Both the position numbers and the translations under genes were made by a program. This document shows, one piece after another, positions 19,014-29,191 of a stretch of 50,064 nt of DNA. This DNA is from Chthoniobacteraceae bacterium (GTDB lineage Bacteria; Verrucomicrobiota; Verrucomicrobiia; Chthoniobacterales; Chthoniobacteraceae). The first letter of the stretch is position 1. The number at the start of each line of letters is the position of its first letter. The DNA lies in the NCBI GenBank assembly GCA_031409655.1, contig JANNXQ010000047.1, positions 1 to 50,064 of the forward strand, written 5' to 3'. Under the pieces are notes generated by a model. The model did no database searches. It saw only the letters and a program-made list of their open reading frames with translations, and had not been told where the DNA came from.

Positions 19014-19933
19014 GCTGCCGCCCTCCGGCGCACCAGCTTGCCGCGATCGGCGCGCGTTTTCAGGAAGTCGAAGAGCGCGAGTTCCAGCGGTTGCGCCGTC
19101 GAGAGCTGCACGTGGCTGATCCCGAGCCGCTGGCAGATCGCCTTCACACTTGCGAGATGTTCGCCGAGGCGGCGCTGGTAGTCGGCGCGGGCCTGTGTCG
19201 GATCGAGGTAAAGGTCGCGTCCCGTCTCCACATCCTGAAAGCGCGAGGCCGAGGTGAAATCGAAGCTCAGCTCTGCCGGATCAAGCACCTGAAAAACCAC
19301 GACCTCATGGCGCGCCGCGGTGAGCAACGCCAGCGGCGCCTCGAGTTCCGCAGCGGGCGCGAGCAGATCGCTGATGAGCACCACCATCCCGCGCTTGCGC
19401 ACCAACTCCGACACCCGGCGGAGCGGGGCCACGAGATCCGTTGCCGCACCCGTCGCCGGTTGATCGAGCGCGAGCATGAGCTGGCGGAGATGTCCGGGGC
19501 GATTCCGCGCCGGGAGATATTCGCGCACCTTTTCATCAAAGGTGAGCAGGCCCGTGGCGTCCCCTTGATGAGAAAGAAAGTAAGCCAGCGTTGCGGCCAG
19601 GGTGCGCGCGTAGTCCGACTTCGTGTAAGTCCGCGATCCGAAGGTCATCGAACGGCTGTTATCGACGAGTAAGTGACAGCGCAGATTCGTCTCATCCTCG
19701 AACTTCTTGATAAAGTAACGATCCGTCCGCGCCACCAACCGCCAGTCCAAGTAACGCGGATCATCTCCCACCGAGTAAGGCCGATACTCGGTGAACTCGA
19801 CCGAAAACCCATGATACGGCGACCGATGCAACCCGTGCCAAAACCCCTCGACCACGGTGCGCGCCCGCAGCTCCAGATTGCGGATGCTCATCAGCGCCGC
19901 AGGGTCGAGGAAGTTGGCGGTGGGGTTCGTCAT
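19010..19933 (-). CDS. DUF58 (vWA-like) protein
   Basis: GLHRSPYHGFSVEFTEYRPYSVGDDPRYLDW, KKFEDETN, VDNSRSM, LISD. Confidence 0.95.
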   Translation of the reverse strand: MTNPTANFLDPAALMSIRNLELRARTVVEGFWHGLHRSPYHGFSVEFTEYRPYSVGDDPRYLDWRLVARTDRYFIKKFEDETNLRCHLLVDNSRSMTFGSRTYTKSDYARTLAATLAYFLSHQGDATGLLTFDEKVREYLPARNRPGHLRQLMLALDQPATGAATDLVAPLRRVSELVRKRGMVVLISDLLAPAAELEAPLALLTAARHEVVVFQVLDPAELSFDFTSASRFQDVETGRDLYLDPTQARADYQRRLGEHLASVKAICQRLGISHVQLSTAQPLELALFDFLKTRADRGKLVRRRAAA

Positions 19934-19939
19934 CGCCCT

Positions 19940-20200
19940 TTACCAACGAATGTCACGGAGATCCAATGTGAGCGCTTTGGGTAATACTCGAGCGGAACAC
20001 CATTTTCTCGTGAATAGCTCAATCTCGATACGGAAAAGGGCCTCGTGGATTACGGCTTGATCTAGACCTGGATCGCTTGAAAGCAGGCGAGCCAACCATC
20101 TGTCACGCGCCGAGAGCGGTACCGCAAGTTGGTGCTTGCGCCAGATACGCGCAGCGATGCGTGCCCTGCGCCAAGAACGTTTAAGTTTCTCGCGAGGCAT
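19940..20200 (-). CDS. Small basic orphan ORF (86 aa)
   Basis: Fills the moxR-DUF58 gap on the same strand; lower GC; TAGGTT 6 nt before ATG. Confidence 0.4.
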   Translation of the reverse strand: MPREKLKRSWRRARIAARIWRKHQLAVPLSARDRWLARLLSSDPGLDQAVIHEALFRIEIELFTRKWCSARVLPKALTLDLRDIRW

Positions 20201-20260
20201 GGGCGAAACCTAGGCGACCACCTTTGACTGAGCCAGCGGGGTTTGCGTCATAAGCCCCAT

Positions 20261-21262
20261 CTACTTCACCGTCTCCAGCACCCGCTCAATTACCTTCCCC
20301 ACGCTCACGCCTTCCGCTTCGGCGCGGTAGTTCACCAGCACCCGATGCCGCAGCACTGGACCGGCGAGCGCGGTGATGTCTTCCTTGATCACATGGGCGC
20401 GACCGTGCAGGAGGGCGCGCGCCTTCGCTCCGAGGGTCAGGAATTGCGCGGCCCGCGTGCCGGCGCCCCAACTGACCCAGTCATTGATGAAATCCGGCGA
20501 GCCCGCCTGCTTCGGACGCGTGGTGGCCGCGAGACGCACGCCGTAGCGGACGAGGTCTTCGGCGATCGGCACCTTCTTCACCAGCGCATGGAAGCTCAGC
20601 ACGTCTTCCCCGGTGAAAAGCGGCTCGATCTGCGGCCCCGCAGGTGCCGTGGTCCGCTGGACGACGGTGACCTCGTCCGCCTCCGGCAGATAGTCGATGA
20701 CCACATTAAACATGAAACGATCGAGCTGCGCCTCGGGCAGCGGATAGGTGCCTTCCATCTCGATCGGATTCTGCGTCGCGAGCACGAAGAACGGCTCGGG
20801 TAGCGCGTAGCGGCGACCGCTTGCCGTGACCTGATGCTCCTGCATCGCTTCGAGCAGCGCCGCCTGCGTCTTTGGCGGCGTGCGGTTGATTTCGTCGGCG
20901 AGAATCATGTTGCCGAAGATCGGTCCCGGCGTGAAGACGAGCCCGCGCCCATCCGCGCGGTCTTGGAGGATTTCCACGCCGGTGATGTCCGTGGGCATGA
21001 GGTCTGGCGTGAACTGAATGCGCCGGAACTCGAGGTGAAAAATCTGCGCGATCGATTTTACGAGCAGGGTCTTGGCGAGGCCCGGCGCGCCGGTGATGAG
21101 GCAGTGTCCGCCGGCAAAAAGCGCGATCAGGATTTCCTCGATGACGGCGTGCTGGCCAACGATGGCCTTGCCGAGTTCCTTGAGGATCTGCGCCCGCGCG
21201 AGTTGCAGCTTTTCAAAGGTTTCCTTTTCGGAGTTGGGAATGGGAGGGGGCTGGTTGGTCAT
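20261..21262 (-). CDS. moxR: MoxR-family AAA+ ATPase
   Basis: GAPGLAKT, RIQFTPDLMPTDITG, LADEINRTPPKTQAALLEAMQE, ATQNPIEMEGTYPLPEAQLDRF. Confidence 0.97.
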   Translation of the reverse strand: MTNQPPPIPNSEKETFEKLQLARAQILKELGKAIVGQHAVIEEILIALFAGGHCLITGAPGLAKTLLVKSIAQIFHLEFRRIQFTPDLMPTDITGVEILQDRADGRGLVFTPGPIFGNMILADEINRTPPKTQAALLEAMQEHQVTASGRRYALPEPFFVLATQNPIEMEGTYPLPEAQLDRFMFNVVIDYLPEADEVTVVQRTTAPAGPQIEPLFTGEDVLSFHALVKKVPIAEDLVRYGVRLAATTRPKQAGSPDFINDWVSWGAGTRAAQFLTLGAKARALLHGRAHVIKEDITALAGPVLRHRVLVNYRAEAEGVSVGKVIERVLETVK

Positions 21263-21770
21263 GGCAGAGGAGTCGGGAGTCGGGAGTCAGCTTGCGGCGG
21301 ACCCTTGCCGCCGACTGAGCGGTCCGTCGGATGGCGGAGTGGTCTTGGAAAAATCCAGGAAGAAACCGTCCGGTCTCGCGATCATCGAGCCGAGCATTTT
21401 TCCAATCTCAGTGGACGCAGCAGTGAGAATCCGATGTTCATCCTGGGCGATGTATCCACAGTCTTTCTCGAAGTCCAAGGAACTGTCAGTCTCGCTGTTC
21501 TCGCCGTCACAATCGGTGAGCTTGCTGAGGAAATGCGCCGGATACCGCCGCTTCGCCCAGGCCTCGCGGAGGTTCAAACAAACTGAGCGCGAGGACCGCC
21601 GAATCTGGCTGGTGAGTGCAAAACGCTCTTCGTGAGGAAAGTTTTTGCTGAGGTCGAATACCCGCATGGCGAGGTCGTATGCGCGCTGGTAAACAGTGAG
21701 TTCTTTTTCGGAGCGAACAGGCATGGCAGGCGAAATGGTGATTCCTGACTTCTGACTCCGGACACCTTCT
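21263..21770. mobile_element. Four-helix-bundle cassette bounded by inverted 7-bp repeats (GGAGTCG/CTGACTY)
   Basis: GGAGTCG-GGAGTCG-GGAGTCAG at 21269-21290 and CTGACTT-CTGACTC at 21745-21758; abuts the moxR ATG and DUF4159 TGA; mobility is inferred. Confidence 0.55.
21287..21724 (-). CDS. Four helix bundle protein (23S rRNA IVP/TIGR02436 family)
   Basis: L.VYQRAYDLAMRVF.LSK.FP.EERFALTSQIRRSSRSV..N..EAW.KRRY..HF.SKLTD. Confidence 0.92.
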   Translation of the reverse strand: MPVRSEKELTVYQRAYDLAMRVFDLSKNFPHEERFALTSQIRRSSRSVCLNLREAWAKRRYPAHFLSKLTDCDGENSETDSSLDFEKDCGYIAQDEHRILTAASTEIGKMLGSMIARPDGFFLDFSKTTPPSDGPLSRRQGSAAS

Positions 21771-22649
21771 TCAGTGGGTCATCGCGTAGAAGACGATGTT
21801 GATCCCGAGCGGGTAACTCTTCTTCTCGGAGAATTCGCGGAAGTAGTACTGATTCTCGCCCTCGCGCTCCCAGCCGTCGCCGTTGTCGGTATTGTGGCAG
21901 GCGACGACGCAGAGGCGGCCCTTGTCGTCGTTGATCCCGCGGATGTGGACTTCCATCGCGTCGGGGCGTTCCCAAGTTCGACCGGTGTATTGGCTGTCGG
22001 TGCCGGTGCCGATATTCGGGCATTGCAGGTTCAGGTCTTCGGGCAGTTCGAAGACGGCGTGGAAGATGGGATGGGTGCGCGGGATGTCGAAGAACTGGCG
22101 GTCGGGGAAAACGCGGCTCATTTGCTCCGCGAAATTCTCCCACTCATCCTCACCCCAGAAATCATCGACCATCAGGAACCCACCATTGAGCAGGTAACGG
22201 CGGAGGATCGGCACTTCCTCTTCGGTGAACTCCAGGTCGCCCGGCTCGACGATGTAAATCCACGGATAACGAAAGAGTTCCGGGTCGGTGATCTCAAGCA
22301 CCTTGCCATTCGGGTCCACCTTCATCGAAGTCATCTGCTGGAGGCGGTAGGCGAAGTTCAGGTCGGCATCCGGGTAGTCGATGGCCCAGCGCTCATTGCC
22401 TCTAAAGTAGTACCCATTCGAAGTCCGACGCCCAGTGGCCGAGTAGCGGATGCGGACGAAGGTGAAGACGTCCTTTTCAAACCCCGCTTCGTACTTCCAT
22501 TCGGGAGTCGGCACGGAGTTTTGTCCGGCGCGCGGATTGTCGATGGGGATTTGCTGGCTGCGCGAAGATCGGCTCCGAAATTGCGCGAAGGCTCCGCCGC
22601 CGAGGAGGAGGGCCAAAAGGAGGGCGGTGGCGCGGAGAAGTTTCGTCAT
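21771..22649 (-). CDS. DUF4159 domain protein (secreted)
   Basis: Signal peptide; FTFVRIRY, WAIDYPDADLN, YLLNGGFLMVDDFWG, HNTDNGDGWE, GINIVFYAMTH. Confidence 0.9.
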   Translation of the reverse strand: MTKLLRATALLLALLLGGGAFAQFRSRSSRSQQIPIDNPRAGQNSVPTPEWKYEAGFEKDVFTFVRIRYSATGRRTSNGYYFRGNERWAIDYPDADLNFAYRLQQMTSMKVDPNGKVLEITDPELFRYPWIYIVEPGDLEFTEEEVPILRRYLLNGGFLMVDDFWGEDEWENFAEQMSRVFPDRQFFDIPRTHPIFHAVFELPEDLNLQCPNIGTGTDSQYTGRTWERPDAMEVHIRGINDDKGRLCVVACHNTDNGDGWEREGENQYYFREFSEKKSYPLGINIVFYAMTH

Positions 22650-25294
22650 GGTCTGCTCTCCTTAACCCCCGCCGGTCCGGAAGGTTTGTCGGCGATTTCG
22701 AGGAGCAAGGCGTGAGCAGCGCGGAAGCGCGGCGCTTCCTCCAGGGCGAGGAGTACTTCGCGTTTTGCGCCGGGGTCGCGGGCGGCGTGGAGCAGGCGGG
22801 CGAGGCGGTAGTGAATGTCGGCAGGATCGGGCGGGCCGAACTTGAGCAGGGTGCGGTAGGCGGCAATGGCGGAAGGCGAGTTGCCGTTGCTCTCCTGAGC
22901 TTTGGCTTCGAGGCGGTAGGGCTCGGGGCGAAGCGGGTCCACAGCCTGGTACCGCGCGGCGTAGTCGAGCACGGCGGGCCAGTCCTGGCGGGCAGCGGCG
23001 AGGACCATGAGCCGCTGGAAGGCATCCGTGGCGTCGGCAGCGAGATCGGCGAGTCGCGTGAGGATGGCGGTCTCGGCGTCGGTCTCTTGCAACTCGCGGT
23101 GCGCGCGGGCGAGCATCGCGTAGGCGCTGTCGGCGTCGTGCTGATTGGGATAAAGCTCGATCAGCTTTTTCAGCGGAACTTTCGCGGCTTCCCATTGCCG
23201 GGCGTCGAGCAGCTTGTCCGCTTGCGCGATCAGGGCGTCGTAGTTGTTCGGGTTGGCAGCGATGAATTTTTCCACGGCCTCCTCGGACGCGACCTCACCG
23301 CGCGTGGGTTTGGCCCAGTCGAGCTTCGGGCCAGTATTCCTGGCGAGCGCGATGGCGTGGGTGGCAAAGTCCGCGTCCAGCTTTTCGATCGGCGCAAAGT
23401 GCGTGGTCAGCGCGGCATTGATCGCCACGCCGCGCGCGAGGTCGCCGAGGACGCGCTTCATTTTCTCAATGCCCCAAGTCTCCGTGAGCCACTCGACGAC
23501 GAGCGACGATTCGTAATAGGCGAAGCCGAGATGGAGCGGCGTTTTCGGGCGGAGAAAAGCAGCGCTCAGCTCGCTCACGGGCGTGAGATCTTCGCCCAGG
23601 ATCATCGCCCGGTAGCGCGGTTTCATCTGCTCGCCCCACGAGCCGCGCGCCTGCCGCTCCTCAAAGACGCTGATCCCTTCACTGAGCCAGCGCGGCATCT
23701 TATTCTTCGTGGCCGTGAGCGTGACCACATGACAGAACTCATGCCAGAGGATCGCCTCCCAGCTCGATGGCGAACCGGCCCGCGACGCCGGACTATTGGC
23801 CGTGATCACGCGCCCGAAACAGACCCCGAGATACCCCGAGCCGCCGGGCAGGCCAAAGGTCCGGATGGCGAAATCCTTCTGATCGGGAAAGATCTCGACG
23901 ATCGTTTTCTCCCGCAGCGTGAGCCCGTATTTTTTCGTCAAAGTGGCGTGCGCGCGTTCCAGCAGCGCGACCACGTCGGCGCCGTAGATGTCGGCTTCCT
24001 TCGGGTCCATCTTCACGATGAAGTGCTCGCTCTCGAGGGTGCGGAAATGCGCGATGGCGTCGCGGAGCGAGACGAGGTTAAAGGCGACGACATCGTAGGG
24101 ATCGGCCTTCGTGACTTCCTCAGCGAGCGCCCAGGCCTCCTCGTCGCGGCCGCCGAGCCGCAGCAGATCGTTCGCGAGCTGGCCCTTGGCTGGCAGGTAG
24201 GATGGGTCAAATTTCAGCGCCTCGCGTTGCAAGGCAGCGCCCTCGGCGAAGCGGTACTTCTGCGAGAGCTTGCGGCCGATGAGGTGCGGCACGCCGGGAT
24301 TGTTCTTCCAGGATTTCAGCGCCGCAGTGCGACTTTCCCGGCCCGTCTTTTCATCCGACCGAAGGTTCGCGAGCACCGCGCGGTAGGCGTGCGCTTCAGC
24401 ACTTTGTGGATTCACCTTCAGGGCCGCCGCGAGCGCTGCGTCCGCCTCTTCATAGTGCTCCGCGTCGATGTGCTGATCGGCGATGAGCAGGTGCGCCCCG
24501 ACGTGGTTTGGGTTGAATTTCAGCGTCTTCTCCAGCGCCGCCATCGTCTCCTCCGAATCGCTCGGTGCGAAAGCGCGGGCGAGGCCGAACCACACATCCG
24601 GATCTTCGGGGAATTTCTTGGCCGCGGCCTGAAAGGATTTCGCGGCAAGCGCGAAGTCGTTCTTGTCCAGCGCGAGGTCGCCATTGGCGAGATAGGCGTC
24701 GCGGAAGTCGGGCGCTTCCTTTTTCACCGGATCGAAAAAGAGCTGGATGACTTGCTTCGGATCGCCGCCGACCATGAGTGCGACGCGCCCCAGCGCCACG
24801 CGTTCCGCAGGCTGGCGGTAAGCCCACCGGCGGTTGCCCCCGATGCTATCCATCTCGACGAGTTTCTGCGTCGCTTCCTCGACTGCACCCACATTCAGCA
24901 GTGCCCGATGCAGCGCCAGGCCGAGCGAGAGATCCCCCGGATACTGCTGGGAAGCGCGCAGAAGAATGTCGCGGGCCTCGGCAGAGCGGCCCACTTCGGT
25001 GAGAGCCTGACCGAGCAGCAGCGGCCATTCGGCAGTGTCGGGGTGGGCGCGCAGCCCTTCGCGCGCCGCCGCGATGGCCTCGGGATACGAGCCGCCGATG
25101 AAGAGCTTCCGCGTTGCCTCGAGCTCCGCGGCGTGGAGCGGCCACCCGAGTGTCAGAAACAGGGCCGCGAGTGCGAGGGCGCGGAGTGGGCGGTTTCGGG
25201 ACGCGGCTGCTCCCCGGAACTTCCTATTCCGCTTGCTGGCGTTGCAGGCTCGGGGCTCGGGAAGGGTCGGCGATGGACAGCGCACGGCGCGCAA
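22646..25294 (-). CDS. TPR-repeat protein with peptidase MA (gluzincin) domain
   Basis: Signal peptide, many TPRs, HEFCH..PRWLSEG; start uncertain. Confidence 0.85.
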   Translation of the reverse strand: MRAVRCPSPTLPEPRACNASKRNRKFRGAAASRNRPLRALALAALFLTLGWPLHAAELEATRKLFIGGSYPEAIAAAREGLRAHPDTAEWPLLLGQALTEVGRSAEARDILLRASQQYPGDLSLGLALHRALLNVGAVEEATQKLVEMDSIGGNRRWAYRQPAERVALGRVALMVGGDPKQVIQLFFDPVKKEAPDFRDAYLANGDLALDKNDFALAAKSFQAAAKKFPEDPDVWFGLARAFAPSDSEETMAALEKTLKFNPNHVGAHLLIADQHIDAEHYEEADAALAAALKVNPQSAEAHAYRAVLANLRSDEKTGRESRTAALKSWKNNPGVPHLIGRKLSQKYRFAEGAALQREALKFDPSYLPAKGQLANDLLRLGGRDEEAWALAEEVTKADPYDVVAFNLVSLRDAIAHFRTLESEHFIVKMDPKEADIYGADVVALLERAHATLTKKYGLTLREKTIVEIFPDQKDFAIRTFGLPGGSGYLGVCFGRVITANSPASRAGSPSSWEAILWHEFCHVVTLTATKNKMPRWLSEGISVFEERQARGSWGEQMKPRYRAMILGEDLTPVSELSAAFLRPKTPLHLGFAYYESSLVVEWLTETWGIEKMKRVLGDLARGVAINAALTTHFAPIEKLDADFATHAIALARNTGPKLDWAKPTRGEVASEEAVEKFIAANPNNYDALIAQADKLLDARQWEAAKVPLKKLIELYPNQHDADSAYAMLARAHRELQETDAETAILTRLADLAADATDAFQRLMVLAAARQDWPAVLDYAARYQAVDPLRPEPYRLEAKAQESNGNSPSAIAAYRTLLKFGPPDPADIHYRLARLLHAARDPGAKREVLLALEEAPRFRAAHALLLEIADKPSGPAGVKESRP

Positions 25295-25374
25295 TGTCGC
25301 GGCACTCCGCGCCAGAGTCGAGTGCTCTTCTGCGCTTGCGGCTTTTGCGCCGCGGCCCCTACCTTGCGCCCCTT

Positions 25375-26466
25375 ATGTCCAGCCAGTTCGGCCACGCTTT
25401 TCGCATCTCAACCTGGGGGGAATCGCATGGGGGCGGCGTGGGCGTGGTCATCGACGGTTGCCCGCCGCTCGTGCCGCTCTGCGAGGCTGATATTCAAAAG
25501 GATCTCGATCGCCGGCGCCCTGGCCAAAGCGAGATCGTGACCCCGCGCGACGAAGCCGATGCGTGCCGAATTTTGTCGGGAGTCTTCGAAGGGAAGACCC
25601 TCGGGACGCCGATCTGCGTCTCGGTGCTGAATAAGGACGCGCGCCCGGAATCGTACAAAGAGATGGCGACGGCGTTTCGTCCGTCGCACGCGGATTTCAC
25701 CTATCAGGCGAAATACGGCATCCGGAATTGGCAGGGTGGGGGACGGGCCTCGGCGCGGGAAACCATCGGCCGGGTCGCCGCCGCGGCCGTTGCGAAGCAG
25801 GTGCTGGCCACGCTCGCGCCCGGCCTCGCGATCGTGGCCTACGTGAAGACGATCCACGAACTCGTCGCCGACGTGGACCCCGAGACCGTGACCTTTGAGC
25901 AGGCAGAGGCGAATATCGTGCGCTGCCCCGACGCCGCGATGGCCGTGCAGATGATTGACTTCATCAAGCAGGTGCGGAGCGAAGGGGACAGCGTCGGTGG
26001 CGTGATCGAGTGCGCCATCCGCGGCGTGCCGCCGGGGCTCGGCGAGCCGGTCTTCGATAAGCTGGAGGCCGAGCTGGCGAAGGCGATGCTCTCGCTCCCG
26101 GCGACGAAAGGCTTTGAGATCGGCAGCGGCTTTGCGGGCACGAAGCTGCGGGGTTCCGAGCACAATGACGCCTTCGTGATGGCGGCTGGAAAAGTGCGTA
26201 CGACCACCAACCGCAGCGGCGGCATCCAGGGCGGCATCAGCAATGGCGAAGCGATCTTCTTCCGCGTCGCCTTCAAGCCGACCGCGACCATTTTCAAATC
26301 CCAACAAACCGTGACCGTGACCGGCGAAGACACCGCCCTGCAAGCGCGCGGCCGCCACGACGCCTGCGTCCTCCCGCGCGCGGTGCCGATGGTCGAGGCC
26401 ATGGCCGCGCTGGTCCTCTGCGATCACGCCTTGCGGCAGCGTGGGCAAGTCGGGCGCCTCGGATGA
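25375..26466 (+). CDS. aroC: Chorismate synthase
   Basis: [47 protein letters not shown]. Confidence 0.98.
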   Translation: MSSQFGHAFRISTWGESHGGGVGVVIDGCPPLVPLCEADIQKDLDRRRPGQSEIVTPRDEADACRILSGVFEGKTLGTPICVSVLNKDARPESYKEMATAFRPSHADFTYQAKYGIRNWQGGGRASARETIGRVAAAAVAKQVLATLAPGLAIVAYVKTIHELVADVDPETVTFEQAEANIVRCPDAAMAVQMIDFIKQVRSEGDSVGGVIECAIRGVPPGLGEPVFDKLEAELAKAMLSLPATKGFEIGSGFAGTKLRGSEHNDAFVMAAGKVRTTTNRSGGIQGGISNGEAIFFRVAFKPTATIFKSQQTVTVTGEDTALQARGRHDACVLPRAVPMVEAMAALVLCDHALRQRGQVGRLG

Positions 26467-26515
26467 GCACGCAGCCGATCTTGAGAACGACGGATTCGCA
26501 GCCATACTTCCTCCC

Positions 26516-27076
26516 ATGACTCCGTCGAGCGCCAGCGTTTATAAGATGACCACCAAGGAGTTCTTCGAGCTCCCGGAAGGCCCGCCCTATTTCCAACTCA
26601 TCGACGGAGACCTGTATATGTCCCCCAGCCCCCGACGTTATCACCAACGCATTTCCATGCTGCTCGGCAGCGAACTCCACGCGTTCATCGAAGATCATGA
26701 ATTGGGCGAACTCTACGCCGCGCCGAGCGATGTCGTGCTCAATGGCCACACCGTGCTCGAGCCCGATCTCTATTTCGTGAGTCGCGAGCGCGCTCACATT
26801 CTCAACGATCAGGGGACCAATGGGGCGCCGGATCTCGTCGTCGAGATTCTTTCGCCCAGCACCGCCAAGCTCGATGTGGGGGTGAAGCGGAAACTCTATG
26901 CCGAGAGTGGCGTGCGCGAAATGTGGGTGGTGGTGCCAGAGGCGAAGACCGTCGAGGTCTATCGTTTTGCGGAAAATGCCGCCGGGTCTGCGACCACGCT
27001 CGGCGTGCAGGACTCGCTCACGACGGAGATATTCCTGGGGCTCACGCTGGTCATCCGCGATATCTTCCGGGCCTGA
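26516..27076 (+). CDS. Uma2/DUF820 family PD-(D/E)XK protein
   Basis: QLIDG..MSPSP..HQ, EPDL, GAPDLVVEILSPST, KRKLYAESGVREMWVV. Confidence 0.92.
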   Translation: MTPSSASVYKMTTKEFFELPEGPPYFQLIDGDLYMSPSPRRYHQRISMLLGSELHAFIEDHELGELYAAPSDVVLNGHTVLEPDLYFVSRERAHILNDQGTNGAPDLVVEILSPSTAKLDVGVKRKLYAESGVREMWVVVPEAKTVEVYRFAENAAGSATTLGVQDSLTTEIFLGLTLVIRDIFRA

Positions 27077-27118
27077 CGTGCAGCATTCGCGACGTCCTTT
27101 CCCATCCACGATCCGCGA

Positions 27119-27634
27119 ATGAGCGACGCTGACTCGCAGCAGGCGGGCTTGCTTGCCATCGCCGCGCTCATCGTCGCGCTGAAGACCTGGCACGGCTGGC
27201 GGATCGGGATGGTCCGGCAGGCGATCGGGCTCGGCGCGCTCGTCGTGGCGGTCTTCGCCGGCGTCATCGGTGCGCCGATGGTGGAGCCCATGGTTGAGCC
27301 GCTCCTGGCGGTGCCGGAGGCCGCGCGCGGGCCGATCGCTGGCGTGGGGCTCGGGGTGCTCGTCTATCTGGCCATCACCCTCACGGGCGCGGTGCTTTTT
27401 AAGAAAACGGAGCACCAAACCGTCGGCGTCATCCGGCTCGGCTACGGCTTCGGTGGTGCGGTGCTGGGGGCGGTCGTCGGGCTGATCCTCGCGACGGTGC
27501 TGCTGGCCGCCTTCCTCGCGGTGAATGGCGAGCCCGAGATCGCCGAGCACCTGCGCGATGGTGAGTTCGAAAAGGCACTTGCTTCCGCGACAGGGAAAAC
27601 GGACAAGAAACCCGGCCATCCTCACAAGCGCTAA
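27119..27634 (+). CDS. cvpA: CvpA family membrane protein
   Basis: GWRIGMVRQ after TM1; four TM helices; GFGGAVLGAVVG. Confidence 0.7.
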   Translation: MSDADSQQAGLLAIAALIVALKTWHGWRIGMVRQAIGLGALVVAVFAGVIGAPMVEPMVEPLLAVPEAARGPIAGVGLGVLVYLAITLTGAVLFKKTEHQTVGVIRLGYGFGGAVLGAVVGLILATVLLAAFLAVNGEPEIAEHLRDGEFEKALASATGKTDKKPGHPHKR

Positions 27635-27728
27635 AGCACCGGTTCTTCCTGCATTTTCTTCCTCTTCCTCCTCATTGGAGTACGTGGAATGGCGGGGAGG
27701 CAGAAGAAGGGGGAAAGCCGCCCAGCCC

Positions 27729-29183
27729 ATGTCCTTCATCCCCACGATCGGCCTCGAAGTCCACGTCCAGCTCAAGACCCGCAGCAAGATGTTCTGCGCA
27801 TGTCCGGTGGAGTTTGGCGCGGGGCCAAATTCGCACACTTGTCCGGTGTGCCTCGGCTATCCTGGGGCGCTGCCGGTGATGAATGAAGAGGCGCTGAAGT
27901 TGAGCGCGCTGGCGGGGCTGATGCTCGGCTGCGACATCCCCGAGGTCTGCAAATTTGACAGGAAGAATTACTTCTATCCGGACATGCCGAAGAACTATCA
28001 GATCACGCAGTTCGATCGTCCGATCTGTGTCGGTGGGGTGGTGCCGTTGCACGACTTTGCGTATCCCAAGGACGCGCAGAAGAGCATCGCGCATCCGGGC
28101 AAGAGCGTGCGGCTGACCCGCATCCATCTCGAGGAAGATGTCGCCAAGTCGCAGCACTTCGAGACTTGCACGGGGATTGATTTCAACCGCGCCGGCACGC
28201 CGCTCATGGAGATCGTGAGCGAGCCGGAGATCGAGACGCCGGAGGAAGCCTTTGCGTATCTCACCTCGCTCCAGCAGATCCTGATCTACGGCGGCGTGAG
28301 CGATGCGGATATGGAGAAGGGGCAACTGCGCTGCGACTGCAATGTGAGCGTGCGGCCCGAAGGCACGACGGAGCTGGGCGTGAAGATCGAGATCAAGAAT
28401 ATGAACTCGATCAGTGGGGTGCGGCGGGCGCTGGCCTATGAGATCGAGCGGCAGACGGCGGCGGCGGAGCGGGGCGAGACGCTCATCCAATCCACGCGCC
28501 GCTGGGACGACGCGACCGGGCAGACTTTCCAAATGCGCGTGAAGGAATCGTCGCACGACTACCGTTACTTTCCCGACCCCGATCTCATCCCGGTGAAGAC
28601 CACGGTCTTCATGGCCGAGGTGCGGGCGCGGCGGCCGGAGCTGCCGGGGGAGAAACGCGCGCGCTTTGAGCGGGACTTCGGGGTGACGGCTTATGATGCC
28701 GCGGTGCTTGCGAGCGAAAAGGGGCTGGCGGAATACTTCGACGCCGCCGCGAAAGGCGCGCGCAAGCCAAAGACCGTCGCGAACTGGGTGATCAACGATC
28801 TGCTCAGCGCACTCACCGCGGCGGGCAAGACGATCGCGGATTGCCCGATCTCCGCGCACGCGCTTGATGAACTCGTGAACCTGATCGACGACGGAAAAAT
28901 CAACACCTCGCAGGGCAAGATCGTCTTCGCGGAGATGTTTGCGACCGGCACGGCAGCCGCGCAGATCGTGCAGGAGAAGGGGCTCGCGCAGGAGAGCGAC
29001 GCGGGGGCGATCGAGGCGCTGTGTGCGCAGGCCATCGCGGCGAGTCCGAAGGCGGTGGCTGAATACCGGGCGGGTAAGACGCAGGCGATCAACTCCATCA
29101 AAGGCCAGGTGATGAAGCTCTCTCAAGGGAAGGCGAACCCGAATGTCGTGGGCGAAATCCTCGCCCGGCTGCTGGCGGAATAA
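27729..29183 (+). CDS. gatB: Asp/Glu-tRNA amidotransferase subunit B
   Basis: IGLEVHVQL, CLGYPGALPV, FDRKNYFYPD, HLEED, NRAGTPLMEIV, YRYFPDPDL. Confidence 0.98.
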   Translation: MSFIPTIGLEVHVQLKTRSKMFCACPVEFGAGPNSHTCPVCLGYPGALPVMNEEALKLSALAGLMLGCDIPEVCKFDRKNYFYPDMPKNYQITQFDRPICVGGVVPLHDFAYPKDAQKSIAHPGKSVRLTRIHLEEDVAKSQHFETCTGIDFNRAGTPLMEIVSEPEIETPEEAFAYLTSLQQILIYGGVSDADMEKGQLRCDCNVSVRPEGTTELGVKIEIKNMNSISGVRRALAYEIERQTAAAERGETLIQSTRRWDDATGQTFQMRVKESSHDYRYFPDPDLIPVKTTVFMAEVRARRPELPGEKRARFERDFGVTAYDAAVLASEKGLAEYFDAAAKGARKPKTVANWVINDLLSALTAAGKTIADCPISAHALDELVNLIDDGKINTSQGKIVFAEMFATGTAAAQIVQEKGLAQESDAGAIEALCAQAIAASPKAVAEYRAGKTQAINSIKGQVMKLSQGKANPNVVGEILARLLAE

Positions 29184-29191
29184 GGAGGCCG

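Noticed and set aside
21287..21724. 23S rRNA intervening sequence
   Set aside because: The flanks are protein-coding genes, with no rRNA sequence.
26516..27076. Uma2 gene as a restriction or defence system
   Set aside because: Solitary, with no methylase or partner; a common multicopy family.
27643..27715. CT-rich/GA-rich tracts before gatB as another periodic element
   Set aside because: Complementarity and periodicity are too weak to separate from low complexity.
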